Shown here piece by piece: positions 1 to 9,925 of a stretch of DNA of 64,000 nucleotides (position 1 is the first letter of the stretch; the number at the start of each line of letters is the position of its first letter). Source of the DNA: Ignavibacteriota bacterium (GTDB taxonomy: Bacteria > Bacteroidota > Ignavibacteria > UBA10030 > UBA6906). Below the pieces are notes generated by a model, which worked only from the letters and a program-made list of their open reading frames with translations, ran no database searches and was not told the origin of the DNA. The stretch is taken from NCBI GenBank assembly GCA_963849385.1, contig CAWKHH010000009.1, positions 77,337 through 141,336 on the forward strand, in the 5' to 3' direction. Both the position numbers and the translations under genes were made by a program.

Positions 1-94
1 CTTGTGAAGACTCCCGCAGGTGGTACCGTGCATAGGCCAGAACTGAAATAGAGCAGGCGACAAACGCCAGCTTCACGAACAGGCCGCCGATCAT
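1..94 (-). CDS. ccmF: cytochrome c-type biogenesis protein CcmF, N-terminal fragment; the gene continues beyond the window start
   Basis: ATG at about 94 with a GGAG-like RBS immediately downstream of ccmE. N-terminus is hydrophobic (MIGGLFVKLAFVA...). Position matches ccmABCDE-F operon order. Confidence 0.35.
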   Translation of the reverse strand, partial: MIGGLFVKLAFVACSISVLAYARYHLRESSQ

Positions 95-277
95 AGGCAC
101 TCCGGAGTATTGAAAGAACAGTGCACATTGCCGTCATTGCGAACACGCTTCTCAGTGCGACAGTTCCGCGCTCCTTGAATCCCGCTGATAGGCGGAATCC
201 AGGAGGCGGGACAATCTCACCCTCGAGGAGAGATTGCTACGCCCCTTCGGGGCTCCCCACGACGCATCCCTAGACGG

Positions 278-673
278 TCACGACTGTGGTTTTACCACTT
301 CGCTTCCCTTTGCCTCGTACTTCGACGGACATTTTGTCAGGAGTTCGTTTGCGTGGAAGTAGCCCTCCTTGGTGAAGCGCCCTTTGGCAACGACACTTGT
401 CGCGAGTTCGAAGTTGTTCGGAGCGGCGCCCTCGAGGATCACCTGGCATTCCTTGCCGTGATCATCCACCAGGTAAAACGAGAACTGACCGGTGGAGGCA
501 TTGAATTTCGTCTCGCGTTCCTTGTTCCAGGTTCCCTTAAGCTGGACCTTCTTTCCCTTGGCCATGGCGCCGGCGATATCCGTGTACTCGACGTTACTGT
601 CGAGAAACGAAAATGCACCGAAGACGATGAAGACCAGAATGACGACTGCGCCGACAATGGTTTTCGTGTTCAT
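278..673 (-). CDS. ccmE: cytochrome c maturation heme chaperone CcmE
   Basis: N-terminal membrane anchor, OB-fold core and C-terminal FHANELLTKCPSKY motif with the heme-binding His. Internal ATG (MNTKT...) is preceded by a GGAG RBS. Confidence 0.85.
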   Translation of the reverse strand: MNTKTIVGAVVILVFIVFGAFSFLDSNVEYTDIAGAMAKGKKVQLKGTWNKERETKFNASTGQFSFYLVDDHGKECQVILEGAAPNNFELATSVVAKGRFTKEGYFHANELLTKCPSKYEAKGSEVVKPQS

Positions 674-689
674 GAGACGATTGCTCCCT

Positions 690-830
690 TTAATGCTGCT
701 CTCTGTGCATGTCACGTTCGAGTTTCTTCAGCCGCCCGTCGAGCCGGAAGAGATAGATGTACAGGCCGAGCCAGATGCCGACCGCGATGATCAGCACGAT
801 ATACAGTTGGTGTTGAGCGAGAAAATCCAC
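690..830 (-). CDS. ccmD: heme exporter protein CcmD, a small membrane protein of 46 aa that is below the ORF-track size cutoff
   Basis: Hand translation between ccmC and ccmE gives (V/M)DFLAQHQLYIVLIIAVGIWLGLYIYLFRLDGRLKKLERDMHREQH: a single TM helix followed by a basic tail, which is typical CcmD architecture. Starts on GTG right after the ccmC stop. Confidence 0.45.
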   Translation of the reverse strand: MDFLAQHQLYIVLIIAVGIWLGLYIYLFRLDGRLKKLERDMHREQH

Positions 831-832
831 AG

Positions 833-1558
833 CTATCCTTTCGGCTGGTGGTAATACTCGAGTCGCGCAGTCCGCACGCGCAGGGACAGCATCCAGAGGA
901 AGAGCATCGTAAAGGCGATCAACGAGGAGAAGAATACGACGCGCATGTTGGGTGACATTTTGAATTCGATGACGGGGCCGGCCCCGTCAGGATCCCCTTT
1001 TGCCCCGGGATGGAGGCCGGTCATGATCCGCGGCATGATGAACACGAAAAATGGCACCGTGACCGCCGCAATTATGGAATAGACGGAGGAAAGCGTGGCC
1101 CGTTTTTCCTCAACCTCCACAGCCGCGCGCAGGGAAAAGTAGGCGCCATAGATCAGGAGCAGAACGAAGATCGACGTCTCGCGGGGATCCCAGTTCCAGT
1201 AGGAACCCCAGTTGAATTTCGCCCAGACGGCTCCCGTGATCGTCGCAAGCACACAGAACAGGAATCCCAGCCCGGCCGCCGAAGCGCTCGTGAGATCATC
1301 AATCGGATCCCTGTGGCGCAGGTAGCGGATTCCGTAGAACATGCTGGTCAGAAACGCCATGACGCTCAACCAGGCGGTCGGGACATGGAAGAAAATGATT
1401 CTTGCTTTTTCTTCCAGACCGGGGATGGAGGGGAATTCGTACCAGTGCTGCGGCTGCTGCACTATCGGCATTCCGAGAGCGGCAACGATGACGAGCGTGA
1501 AGAGAACGCCGAGGAGTATTCGCAAGGCCATGCCGTCAGTCTTTCCAGATATACTCAA
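833..1558 (-). CDS. ccmC: heme exporter protein CcmC
   Basis: 241 aa polytopic membrane protein with the WGSYWNWDPRE (WWD) heme-handling motif. Follows ccmB. Confidence 0.9.
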   Translation of the reverse strand: MSISGKTDGMALRILLGVLFTLVIVAALGMPIVQQPQHWYEFPSIPGLEEKARIIFFHVPTAWLSVMAFLTSMFYGIRYLRHRDPIDDLTSASAAGLGFLFCVLATITGAVWAKFNWGSYWNWDPRETSIFVLLLIYGAYFSLRAAVEVEEKRATLSSVYSIIAAVTVPFFVFIMPRIMTGLHPGAKGDPDGAGPVIEFKMSPNMRVVFFSSLIAFTMLFLWMLSLRVRTARLEYYHQPKG

Positions 1559-2231
1559 AAAGAAGCGTGGAGACGGTGATCACCACGACAATGTACGAAA
1601 TCAGGATCTGAAATTCACCTGCAGCCTCGCCGAGAGGAGCACCGTCTGAGGACAGCCGTGTGGCGTTAATGACAGTCATAAGCAAGGGCAGTAAAATAGG
1701 GAACGATAAAACAGGGTACAACGTTCCCTTGGTATTTGCGCGGGCGATGATTGCGGCGATGATCGTGGATGCTGCGGCGAGTCCGATGCTGCCGAGGGCG
1801 ATGGTCAGCAAGAAAATACTCAGGGTGCGGACGATGAATCCGTTGATGAAAAAGGCATACAGCACAACGGTCAACAGTGTCAGCCCTGCGCCGAGGACAA
1901 GATTGAAAAGCAGTTTTCCGGCAAACACCGCACCGGGGGGAGTCAGGAGCTGCAGGGTCATGCCTGTCCCCCGTTCTTCTTCCATCACAAAGGTCCTGGA
2001 AAGCCCCGACATCGCGGCAAAGAAAATCACCACCCAGAGCATTCCTGCGAGCACATCAGGTGAAGCCCCTTCACCACCGAGGGAGAAGAGAATGATCGAG
2101 ATGGTGGTGACGACAAACATCACCAGGGCGCTCATGGCATAGCGGGTTCGCAGTTCGGATCGCCAATCCTTGAGAAACACCGCCACAGCGGCACGCATCC
2201 ACCTCAGCGTTGTGGTCTCACGCGCGGACAT
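1536..2231 (-). CDS. ccmB: heme exporter permease CcmB
   Basis: Six-TM ABC-2 type permease with a length and hydrophobicity profile like CcmB. Start ATG (MSARETTTLRW...) overlaps the ccmA stop. Confidence 0.8.
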   Translation of the reverse strand: MSARETTTLRWMRAAVAVFLKDWRSELRTRYAMSALVMFVVTTISIILFSLGGEGASPDVLAGMLWVVIFFAAMSGLSRTFVMEEERGTGMTLQLLTPPGAVFAGKLLFNLVLGAGLTLLTVVLYAFFINGFIVRTLSIFLLTIALGSIGLAAASTIIAAIIARANTKGTLYPVLSFPILLPLLMTVINATRLSSDGAPLGEAAGEFQILISYIVVVITVSTLLFEYIWKD

Positions 2232-2841
2232 TGAGATCCACCGTGCGTTCGTAGATATCGATGTCCGAGAGGTCGTTCGTTGCCACAACAAGGATCCCGC
2301 GGGTCCGCTGCTCCGTCATGATGCCGCGAACGATCATCATGCCGTCTGCATCGAGGTTGGACATGGGCTCATCGAGAATCAGTATGCGGGGGCGATGTGC
2401 CAGCGCCAACGCATATTTCAACCGCTGCTTCATACCCGAGGAGAAGCCGTGGACGGGATCCCCCCTCCTCGGGTCGAGGGCCACGCGCGCGAGCAGGTCT
2501 TCATGGGTGCGTGCATCTCCGTGGAGACCGCGCAACGCCGAGGCCAGCTGCAGGTTCTCCATTGCGGAAAACTCGTCGTACAGCTGGAGGTATGGTGACA
2601 CCAGACCGAACAGCGCCATCCGGCTGAATGCATTCAACGGGCCTGCCCCGTCGATCTCGACACTTCCCTGGCTGGGACTCAGAACCCCGCAGAGGATCTT
2701 CACGAGAGTCGACTTTCCGGAGCCATTCCTGCCGGCGATGAGGAGTGTCTCGCCTTCGCCCACGGCGGTGACGATGTTCTCAAAGACAATCCTGCGGTTG
2801 AATGCCTTACGCAAGCCATGTGTTTCGAGCCGTAGGGCCAT
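2218..2841 (-). CDS. ccmA: heme exporter ATP-binding protein CcmA
   Basis: 207 aa ABC ATPase with Walker A GRNGSGKST, signature FSSGMKQR and Walker B ILILDEP. First gene of the ccm operon. Confidence 0.9.
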   Translation of the reverse strand: MALRLETHGLRKAFNRRIVFENIVTAVGEGETLLIAGRNGSGKSTLVKILCGVLSPSQGSVEIDGAGPLNAFSRMALFGLVSPYLQLYDEFSAMENLQLASALRGLHGDARTHEDLLARVALDPRRGDPVHGFSSGMKQRLKYALALAHRPRILILDEPMSNLDADGMMIVRGIMTEQRTRGILVVATNDLSDIDIYERTVDLNVRA

Positions 2842-2844
2842 CGG

Positions 2845-4527
2845 TTACTCGCGCACTACGGGGATTTTCCCCGTCACTCTTCTTCCGGGCAGTTCGATGA
2901 CGTACATGTACACTCCTGTCGGAGCAACATTCCCGTCGGCCAAGCGTCCATCCCAGGAAAACATCTGACGCCCAAGATGCACCGTTGACGAAACGTCAGG
3001 GATCTCCCGAACGAGATCTGCGGACGCGCTGAAGATGTAGAGTGCACCCCGTTGCGGCTCCATCTCTTCTACGGGAAGGTACACGCACGGCGCCCGGCCC
3101 GGACGGAACGGTGACGGGAAAGGACGTTCACTGGAGAACGACGATGGATCAATATACGGGTTGGGTGTATTACGGACGATGTACCACGTGGACCAGAGGC
3201 TTATGTCCGTCACATCGAGTTTGCTGTAGATGCCGATCGGTGTCGGTTTGTACGAGTCGTCAACCCGGGTGGACCGCAGGCGTAACGTGTACGGCAACAG
3301 CGGAATTGACGGGAGGAGTGTTCCGGCGACGTCGACATTAGACATCATGACCGTCATTGTATCCAGTCCGTGTTGCACCTGTGCGTAGTGGGTCCCCAGA
3401 CTTTGCAGCGAACCGGGCACATCCCGTGAAGCTCCCGCAAAATCTATGGGTGATTGAACAACCTGTGGGTAGTCTGCACCATCGGTGTAGTAGGTTGCCG
3501 GGTTTGCGCGCGCACCGGTGAAGTAGTTCCAGAGGGACCACGCGGCATAGGCCCCGGCAAAATCCATTCCGTGGGCTCGGAGCGTTTGATCGATGGCGCT
3601 CTGGGGACGGGCAAACTTGATGTTTTCCCAGGTCTCTCTCATCACGTCAATACCAAAACTCTTGCTCACGTAATGCCCCCAGATGGCCCGGCTGTACATG
3701 ATCAGTTCACTCGACGCGAATGAAGTCTCAGGGTTGCGGAAGTGGCTCCACGAGGCCTTCAGATAATTGTAGTAGTCATTCACCTCCGGGTACACGACAT
3801 CCTCCATCCAGGTGGAGGTGATTTCGTAGAAGAACGCATCCTCATCCCAGTAGCCGTAGTTACCGATCTGCAAGACATGGTTCAACTCGTGGGCGATCGT
3901 CACCCTGAGTCCCGGCATTCCCCGATTCTTCTCGGGACGGACGAACACGAAATCGTTGTCTATCGTTATGGAAGAGGACGTGCGTCCGCCTGCCGGAATG
4001 CTTTCATCCGGCGTTGTGTAGCCGTACATGTTGCCCAGCTCCATGACGTAAATATCGCACTCAGGTCCGCCGCCAAGCAAGCCGTCGCTAATGGGAGGCA
4101 GATAGTGCAGCGTTCCGATCTCATAAGATGCGGCATACGAAAGGATGGAGAAGATGGAATCGACATATGCGCGCGCAGTGCCTGGAATCCGTGCGCCTGC
4201 GGAATCCAGGAGGGCAGGAGTGTTTATGCCGATGGTATCGTAGTGGACGCGAAAGTTGCCCGCCAGCACGGACACCTGCAATTCAGTCCGGGCGAGGATG
4301 CCGGCCACACCAGCCTGACGGGCCTGCTCAGTCGGACCGGTACGACGTTGATGAAGAGCGAAGCTGATGACGGGAAATCCGCATTTCACCGGTTCACCAT
4401 CCGGAGGGGCCAGGTGTGCAGGGATGGCGAGTGAGGTTCCGGATACGAGCCGAAGTGCCTGTTCCTGCGCCACACATTTCACGCAGAGCGCCAGCGCCAC
4501 GACGGCTATTACGACCGGGGCTTTCAT
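2845..4527 (-). CDS. secreted zinc metalloprotease (HEXXH) with C-terminal T9SS-type (Por_Secre_tail/FlgD-Ig-like) sorting domain
   Basis: N-terminal signal peptide and a HELNH zinc-binding motif. The last ~70 aa (LYIFSASADLVREI...WDGRLADGNVAPTGVYMYVIEL...GKIPVV) match the T9SS C-terminal domain pattern. Confidence 0.7.
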   Translation of the reverse strand: MKAPVVIAVVALALCVKCVAQEQALRLVSGTSLAIPAHLAPPDGEPVKCGFPVISFALHQRRTGPTEQARQAGVAGILARTELQVSVLAGNFRVHYDTIGINTPALLDSAGARIPGTARAYVDSIFSILSYAASYEIGTLHYLPPISDGLLGGGPECDIYVMELGNMYGYTTPDESIPAGGRTSSSITIDNDFVFVRPEKNRGMPGLRVTIAHELNHVLQIGNYGYWDEDAFFYEITSTWMEDVVYPEVNDYYNYLKASWSHFRNPETSFASSELIMYSRAIWGHYVSKSFGIDVMRETWENIKFARPQSAIDQTLRAHGMDFAGAYAAWSLWNYFTGARANPATYYTDGADYPQVVQSPIDFAGASRDVPGSLQSLGTHYAQVQHGLDTMTVMMSNVDVAGTLLPSIPLLPYTLRLRSTRVDDSYKPTPIGIYSKLDVTDISLWSTWYIVRNTPNPYIDPSSFSSERPFPSPFRPGRAPCVYLPVEEMEPQRGALYIFSASADLVREIPDVSSTVHLGRQMFSWDGRLADGNVAPTGVYMYVIELPGRRVTGKIPVVRE

Positions 4528-4550
4528 GGATGGATGCTTCTCCCCTGCTC

Positions 4551-5021
4551 TTACTCGTGCCGGCGGCGCTGCAGGCGAATTTCGCGGCGCTGCAAAGCCT
4601 CCGTGTACCGGCGTTGCTCATCCTCCGTCTCCGGTTGCACCGCGGGGACGGGCTGTGGCGTCCCCTGTTCATCGATGGCAACGAATGTCAAATACGCTGT
4701 ATTCGCCGTGCGGACAGGAAGCTTCGCATTGCCGTGAGCAGTAACTCGCACACCGATCTCCATGGAGGTGCGGAATGCCCGGTTCACCGACGCTTCCAGT
4801 GTAACCACTTCACCCAGTTTCACAGAGTGATGAAAGTTCAACGAATCCACAGACGCCGTAACGCACACCATGCCGGAATGGCGCTGGGAGGCGATGGCGG
4901 CGACAATATCGATCCAGTGCATCAACGTTCCACCAAGCAGATTTCCCAACTGATTCGTGTCGTTGGGCAACACGAGTTGGGTTGTGGTCACCTGAGATGC
5001 ACGAACGGTTTTGGCCGGCAT
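4551..5021 (-). CDS. acyl-CoA thioesterase (hotdog fold, YciA-like)
   Basis: 156 aa with the hotdog thioesterase pattern (QLVLPNDTNQLGNLLGGTLMHWID...). Start overlaps the bamD stop by 1 nt. Confidence 0.75.
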   Translation of the reverse strand: MPAKTVRASQVTTTQLVLPNDTNQLGNLLGGTLMHWIDIVAAIASQRHSGMVCVTASVDSLNFHHSVKLGEVVTLEASVNRAFRTSMEIGVRVTAHGNAKLPVRTANTAYLTFVAIDEQGTPQPVPAVQPETEDEQRRYTEALQRREIRLQRRRHE

Positions 5022-5827
5022 CAGAGCCCCATCCCCTTTCCTCCGGACCCGGGTTCGCTTTTGACCGACGGGGAGGGGATCTCCCGATCGATGTCTGTCT
5101 TCAGGGATTCCATGCGTCCGCGCAAAACGCTATTGGGATATTTCTCGAAGAAGCGCGATGCCTCGGCGGCTGCCTCACGGTACTTGTTCCGGCTCACCAG
5201 CAGTTCAACTTTCCCGATGTACGCGAGCGGCGCGTATTCGGTATCATGATATTTCTCAATGACGTCGTCGTAGTAGAAGATCGCGGACCGGTAGTACTGC
5301 ATTGTGGAATACAACCGGGCAGTGTCGTACTGCTTTTTGGCCAGCCGGATCGTCAGTTCGCGAATCTTTGACTCTGCATCGACCGCGTTGGCGTTGGCAG
5401 GAAAGTACTCCACGAAACTCTGAAACTCGTCAATGGCTTTGCGTGTGTACTGCTGATCGAGGGAAGGCTTTGGCGAGAGGTTATAGTAGCACATCGCGGT
5501 CTTGTAGCTTGCGTCAGCAACCCGTGTACTGGCCGGATAGTTCCGTCTCACCACCGAATACTCGAATGCGGCGAGCAGGTATTCCTCGCGCTTGAATCGG
5601 CATTCGCCAAGATAGAATTGCGCCTCCGGAGCCACAGCGCTTCCCTGATACTGCAATGTGATCACGGTGAACTCGTTTATTGCCGGGAGATAGTCGCCGT
5701 TGTCAAAGAGGGCCTTCGCACGTTCGAATCGCTCTTCGACGCTCATGATTTTTGTGACTTCGCCGGAACCGCATCCGGCAAGGATGAAGGCAGTGACACC
5801 AAGAACTAGAACTAAGGACTTCGCCAT
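5021..5827 (-). CDS. bamD: outer membrane protein assembly factor BamD (TPR lipoprotein)
   Basis: Lipoprotein signal MAKSLVLVLGVTAFILAGC followed by TPR-like repeats, resembling BamD/YfiO. Internal ATG at 5827 was chosen as the start. Confidence 0.75.
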   Translation of the reverse strand: MAKSLVLVLGVTAFILAGCGSGEVTKIMSVEERFERAKALFDNGDYLPAINEFTVITLQYQGSAVAPEAQFYLGECRFKREEYLLAAFEYSVVRRNYPASTRVADASYKTAMCYYNLSPKPSLDQQYTRKAIDEFQSFVEYFPANANAVDAESKIRELTIRLAKKQYDTARLYSTMQYYRSAIFYYDDVIEKYHDTEYAPLAYIGKVELLVSRNKYREAAAEASRFFEKYPNSVLRGRMESLKTDIDREIPSPSVKSEPGSGGKGMGL

Positions 5828-6846
5828 GTAAACCACTCCTCTGCTGCTCCCGTCGAGAGGTGCCTTACCCGTTCAAGGACGCGCGCGGCATCCGGACCGG
5901 GAGGGAGAATCTCCGGCTGGTACCCGCAGCGCACCGGTAAGCACCGCATTACATCCACATGATTGCCCGCACCGTCTTTCAGCAAACGGACCGCCAGCGC
6001 GAGTCCGTAGCGGGTCCAGTACCGCGATGGTTGTTCAAAAACACAATTGCCCAGAGAGTGCGCAATCACACTCCCGCCTTCACGAACGATCCCGTGCGGT
6101 ACGTGGGGATGATGCCCCAGCACCAGATCGACGCCCGCCTTTGCCGCAGCGCGCGTGAACGCCATCGTTCCCGCAGTCGGCCGGTCGGTATACTCTTCAC
6201 CTCCGTGATAACTCAAAATGACAAAGTCCACAGAATCCCGCCAGGCCCGGATTCGGGGAAAAACGCGCGCGGTGTCACTGTACGCAACCAGGGTATCCCA
6301 GCACGGCGGCCGGATATTCATGAGGCCGGCGCACGCAAACAACGCAATCTTTACACCGTTCACCGAGAACTGCACCGGTTCATAGGTCTCGCGGGTTGTT
6401 CTTCCGCTCCCCGCATGCATGATGCCTGCGGAGTCCAGGTGCGCAAGCGTTTCGCGCTGACCGCGGATCCCATAGTCCAATGCGTGATTGTTTGCCGTCG
6501 CAACGACCGTCACACCTCCCATGCGCAAGGACCACGCGCCGGACGGCGGACCTGTAAACACATAGTTGTTGTGCGGATCTTCAGTCTCCCCGTCCTGATC
6601 CGATAACGATGACTCCAGGTTCGCAAAAACAATGTCATACGCAGCCAGGGTACCGGCCAATTTCCGAAACGGGTGAAGCGTGTCACCCCGTAACAGCATT
6701 TTCCCGAGCGTCCGGCCGAGATTGATATCGCCTAGTGCTATCAGCCGGACTTCCCCGCGGTGCGGGATCGCGTCAACGGAGGAGACGACCGTCTGGGCAT
6801 TCGCACTTCCCTGGAGCGCGAGCAGAGCTGCCGCCCACCACACCAT
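5812..6846 (-). CDS. CapA-family metallophosphatase (poly-gamma-glutamate synthesis CapA-like)
   Basis: Signal peptide, LIALGDINLGR, and conserved His/Asp metallophosphoesterase motifs (GHHPHV). Confidence 0.7.
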   Translation of the reverse strand: MVWWAAALLALQGSANAQTVVSSVDAIPHRGEVRLIALGDINLGRTLGKMLLRGDTLHPFRKLAGTLAAYDIVFANLESSLSDQDGETEDPHNNYVFTGPPSGAWSLRMGGVTVVATANNHALDYGIRGQRETLAHLDSAGIMHAGSGRTTRETYEPVQFSVNGVKIALFACAGLMNIRPPCWDTLVAYSDTARVFPRIRAWRDSVDFVILSYHGGEEYTDRPTAGTMAFTRAAAKAGVDLVLGHHPHVPHGIVREGGSVIAHSLGNCVFEQPSRYWTRYGLALAVRLLKDGAGNHVDVMRCLPVRCGYQPEILPPGPDAARVLERVRHLSTGAAEEWFTWRSP

Positions 6847-6864
6847 GCCGCGAGCCGTCAAGAA

Positions 6865-7491
6865 TCAACTCCTCGTCGTAAAGAGCAGGAAAATGGCAAC
6901 GCCGATGGCGCCGACCAGAATCAGGGGTTCAAGCCACGAAGTAAAGAACCCTTCGGAAGGGACGACTGCGCGCGTCGCAGCCACTCCCGGATGCTCGACA
7001 AGGTCAACGTCACTGACATTGATCGTATCGGTGCGCTGAGATCGCCATTCCTGATCGAGCAGAAATCGTGCCGATTGACGGTCGCTCACGCGCAACCAGA
7101 GCGCCAGCGTGGCGGTGCGGTCGAGAACGCGGGCACCGAGAAGCCCTTCGCGGCGAACATTCGTGTAGCGCACATGTGCATCCTTAACACCGCAATCGAG
7201 CCGCCAGTTTCCTCCGTCGGGGACCGGCAGGAGGTTTCGTTCACGCAGCGCGCGCGCAATAGCTTCTTCGACAAACCAGTATGTGCCGGCTGGTTCAACA
7301 GCAATCAGCACCCGGAGAGAATCGGAAGGGTGCAATTGTGAACAGAGCTGCGCAATCGCATCGGCGGCGAGCGACTGATATACGCTCACTGTCGACGCGG
7401 CTCGGCCAACTTCAGGCTGTGCGGATATTTTCGGTGCGCCCGCGAAGCAAAGTGCAACGACAAGCGCTTCGACTACCCCGCTCCTCATCAA
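6865..7491 (-). CDS. hypothetical exported protein with C-terminal transmembrane anchor
   Basis: Signal peptide with AQ cleavage context and a C-terminal hydrophobic helix. No recognisable family. Confidence 0.45.
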   Translation of the reverse strand: MMRSGVVEALVVALCFAGAPKISAQPEVGRAASTVSVYQSLAADAIAQLCSQLHPSDSLRVLIAVEPAGTYWFVEEAIARALRERNLLPVPDGGNWRLDCGVKDAHVRYTNVRREGLLGARVLDRTATLALWLRVSDRQSARFLLDQEWRSQRTDTINVSDVDLVEHPGVAATRAVVPSEGFFTSWLEPLILVGAIGVAIFLLFTTRS

Positions 7492-7503
7492 GGACCTCAG
7501 GGG

Positions 7504-7785
7504 TCAGGCCCCGGCTGAACTGGCTATAGTGTTCTTCTGCTCAGCCGGCTTAGAACGTTTACGGTAAAGAATGCCGATCGGTATGATAACGCAATAGCCC
7601 AACACAAGCAGAATGGGGGAAACGACAAGTGGCAGGAAGCCCTCGATCGAACCCTCGAGCATTGCCGCATAACCCGCGGCGATCACCAGAAGAGCGAAGC
7701 CGAGGATAATGAAATTCTGTCGGTTGAGAGGAAGCGACGTTTCCCGTATTGATTTCCGGACTTTGGCTTTAGTCGGCTTGGCCAC
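7504..7785 (-). CDS. DUF3098-family small membrane protein
   Basis: Basic N-terminus then NFIILGFALLVIAAGYAAML...SPILLVLGYCVIIPIGILYR, matching the DUF3098 pattern common in the FCB group. GTG start with an upstream GGAG. Confidence 0.5.
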   Translation of the reverse strand: MAKPTKAKVRKSIRETSLPLNRQNFIILGFALLVIAAGYAAMLEGSIEGFLPLVVSPILLVLGYCVIIPIGILYRKRSKPAEQKNTIASSAGA

Positions 7786-7819
7786 GGTGCTCAGCTCCGA
7801 AATAGTGTTCGAACCCCTC

Positions 7820-7854
7820 AAAATAAAAGCCCAGCGTTGGGGGGAACGCCGGGC
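7820..7854 (-). terminator. rho-independent terminator after lolD
   Basis: Minus-strand RNA folds as a 9 bp stem (CCCGGCGUU ... AACGCUGGG, including one G-U pair), a 6 nt C loop and a UUUUAUUUU tail. A weaker hairpin with a T tract also lies at about 7926-7948. Confidence 0.5.
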
Positions 7855-7971
7855 TCGACCATGTACCGTACAACAGTCAGGGGAGTAACTGTCGTATAGG
7901 TCGTCAATAAATATACAAAAAGAAGGGTCGATTGTCAAGACCCGGCAAGCATCTATTTTGGCTAATATTCA

Positions 7972-8687
7972 TCAGGTTGCCAAAAACGGGGTCGTTTCAT
8001 GAATCACGCCGTCCACGATGCGAAGCACTCTGTCCGCCTGACGGGCGAGGTTTTCGTTATGGGTGACCACGATGAACGTTTGGCCCCATTTTGCGGCTCA
8101 GATCCCGTATCAACTCGTGCAGGTGCTCAGCATTGGCGCTGTCGAGGTTCCCGGAGGGTTCATCAGCGAGAATCACCCGGGGGGCGTTCATCAGAGCACG
8201 GGCAACCGCGACTCGCTGCTGTTCACCGCCCGAGAGCAGCGGTGGCTGTCTGTTCCGCACGGCCATCCACACCGACTTCGCGGAGCAGACGCAGGGCTTT
8301 TTGGCGAACATCCTGAAGTTTCGCCCCCATGATCAGCGAGGGCATGGCCACGTTCTCGAGCGCGGTGAACTCCGGCAGGAGATGGTGAAACTGGAAGACA
8401 AATCCGATGGAACGATTTCTGAAGCGCGCGAGGTCATCATCCCCCAGTGCAAACACATCCACATCGTCATAGTGGACATTGCCGGAAGTCGGCCGGTCGA
8501 GCGTGCCAAGAATATGCAGCAATGTGCTCTTCCCTGCCCCCGACGCACCGACAATGGCGATAATCTCACCTGCCGCGATGCGCAGCGTGACTCCGCGCAG
8601 GACACAGAGCTTGCCTCCGTCCGATGCCCCTGCCCGAAACGTTTTGGTGACTGCGGTCGCTGTGATGATACCTGGCGTAGATGTCAT
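7972..8687 (-). CDS. lolD: lipoprotein-releasing system ATP-binding protein LolD; reading frame is interrupted twice
   Basis: Walker [10 protein letters not shown] and [15 protein letters not shown]. The protein is spread over three frames (ORFs 8223-8687 and 8057-8311, plus a C-terminal [29 protein letters not shown] frame). The two +1 shifts lie near 8248 and 8085. Confidence 0.7.
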
Positions 8688-8694
8688 GCCACTG

Positions 8695-9925
8695 TTACTC
8701 CCACCGGATTGCCTGCACGGGCAGCAGACCTGCGGCCCTGCGGGCTGGATAGAGTGATGCGAGGATGCTCAAGCACATCGAAGCGAGAGCCACAGCCACA
8801 AAGTCGCTCCACCGCACCTCGACAGGAATGGCCGGAATGATGTACACGGTCGGGTCCAGCGGAAAGAGCTGGTAGCGTATCTGGAGATAGCAGACCAGGA
8901 GCCCGATGCCGGTGCCGAGAAGCGTTCCGATCGTTCCCACGAGCACGCCTTCGAACATGAATACTCTCATGATGCTCGATGATGTCGCTCCGAGCGCCTT
9001 GAGAATACCGATGTCGCGGCGTTTCTCGATGACACCCATCGTCAGCGAACCAAGCACATTGAACGTGGCCACACCGACGATCAGGCAGAGGATGATGTAC
9101 GCGGTCCACCGTTCAATCTTCATGACAGAGTATAAATCTCTGTGCAGATCGTACCATGTGGAGACCCGGTACGATGGACCGAGAGCGCGTTGCAGATCCG
9201 CCTTGACGCCGTCTGCGTCGCTGATGCTGTGCAGGCGCATCTCCACCCCGCTGACCGCATCGCCCATGTCGAAGAGCGCACGTGCAGTCGCCAGGGACAC
9301 GTACGCATAGTGGGCATCGTAATCCTTGTTGTTGGAGTCGTACACGCCGACAACCGTGCATTCGCGCATCACCGGCTGCCCGAATTGCACGACCATGGCA
9401 TCCACGCCGACCGGACTCAGGATGGTGAGATCGGCGCCGACCGTGGTTCCCAAACGGTCTGCAAGTCCCAACCCGAGCACGGTCCCCGCCTTCTCCGGTG
9501 TGTCGTTGAAGGCGAACGCTCCGAGGACCGTGCGTTGCTTCACCCCGGATACGCCCTCGACGAGAGAATCATCCACCCCTTTCACAAGGACAACGCGGTT
9601 CATCCGGCCGGCAACGAGCAGCGCTTTGTTGGCCACATACGGCGCAGCGGCTGCGATACGCGGATCGCCTCTGAGTTCCTGCATCACGCTGTCGGTGAGA
9701 CCCATGCGACCGCCGCGTGCAGCTTCGATACGCACGTGCGGATCGAATCCTACGAGCACGTTCGTCACCACGCTGTTGAATCCGTTGAACACCGAGAGGA
9801 CGATGATCAGTGCTGCAACGCCGACGGTGATCCCGATAACCGACACCAGCATGATGATGTTGATGAAGCGCATCTGGCGCTTTGAGCGCACATACCGCTG
9901 TGCCATGAATCGTTCGAAGCTCATC
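8695..9925 (-). CDS. lolE: lipoprotein-releasing ABC transporter permease, LolC/E family (FtsX domain)
   Basis: About 410 aa with an N-terminal TM, a large periplasmic loop and a C-terminal FtsX-type 3-TM bundle. ATG (MSFERF...) overlaps the upstream stop (ATGA). Confidence 0.75.
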
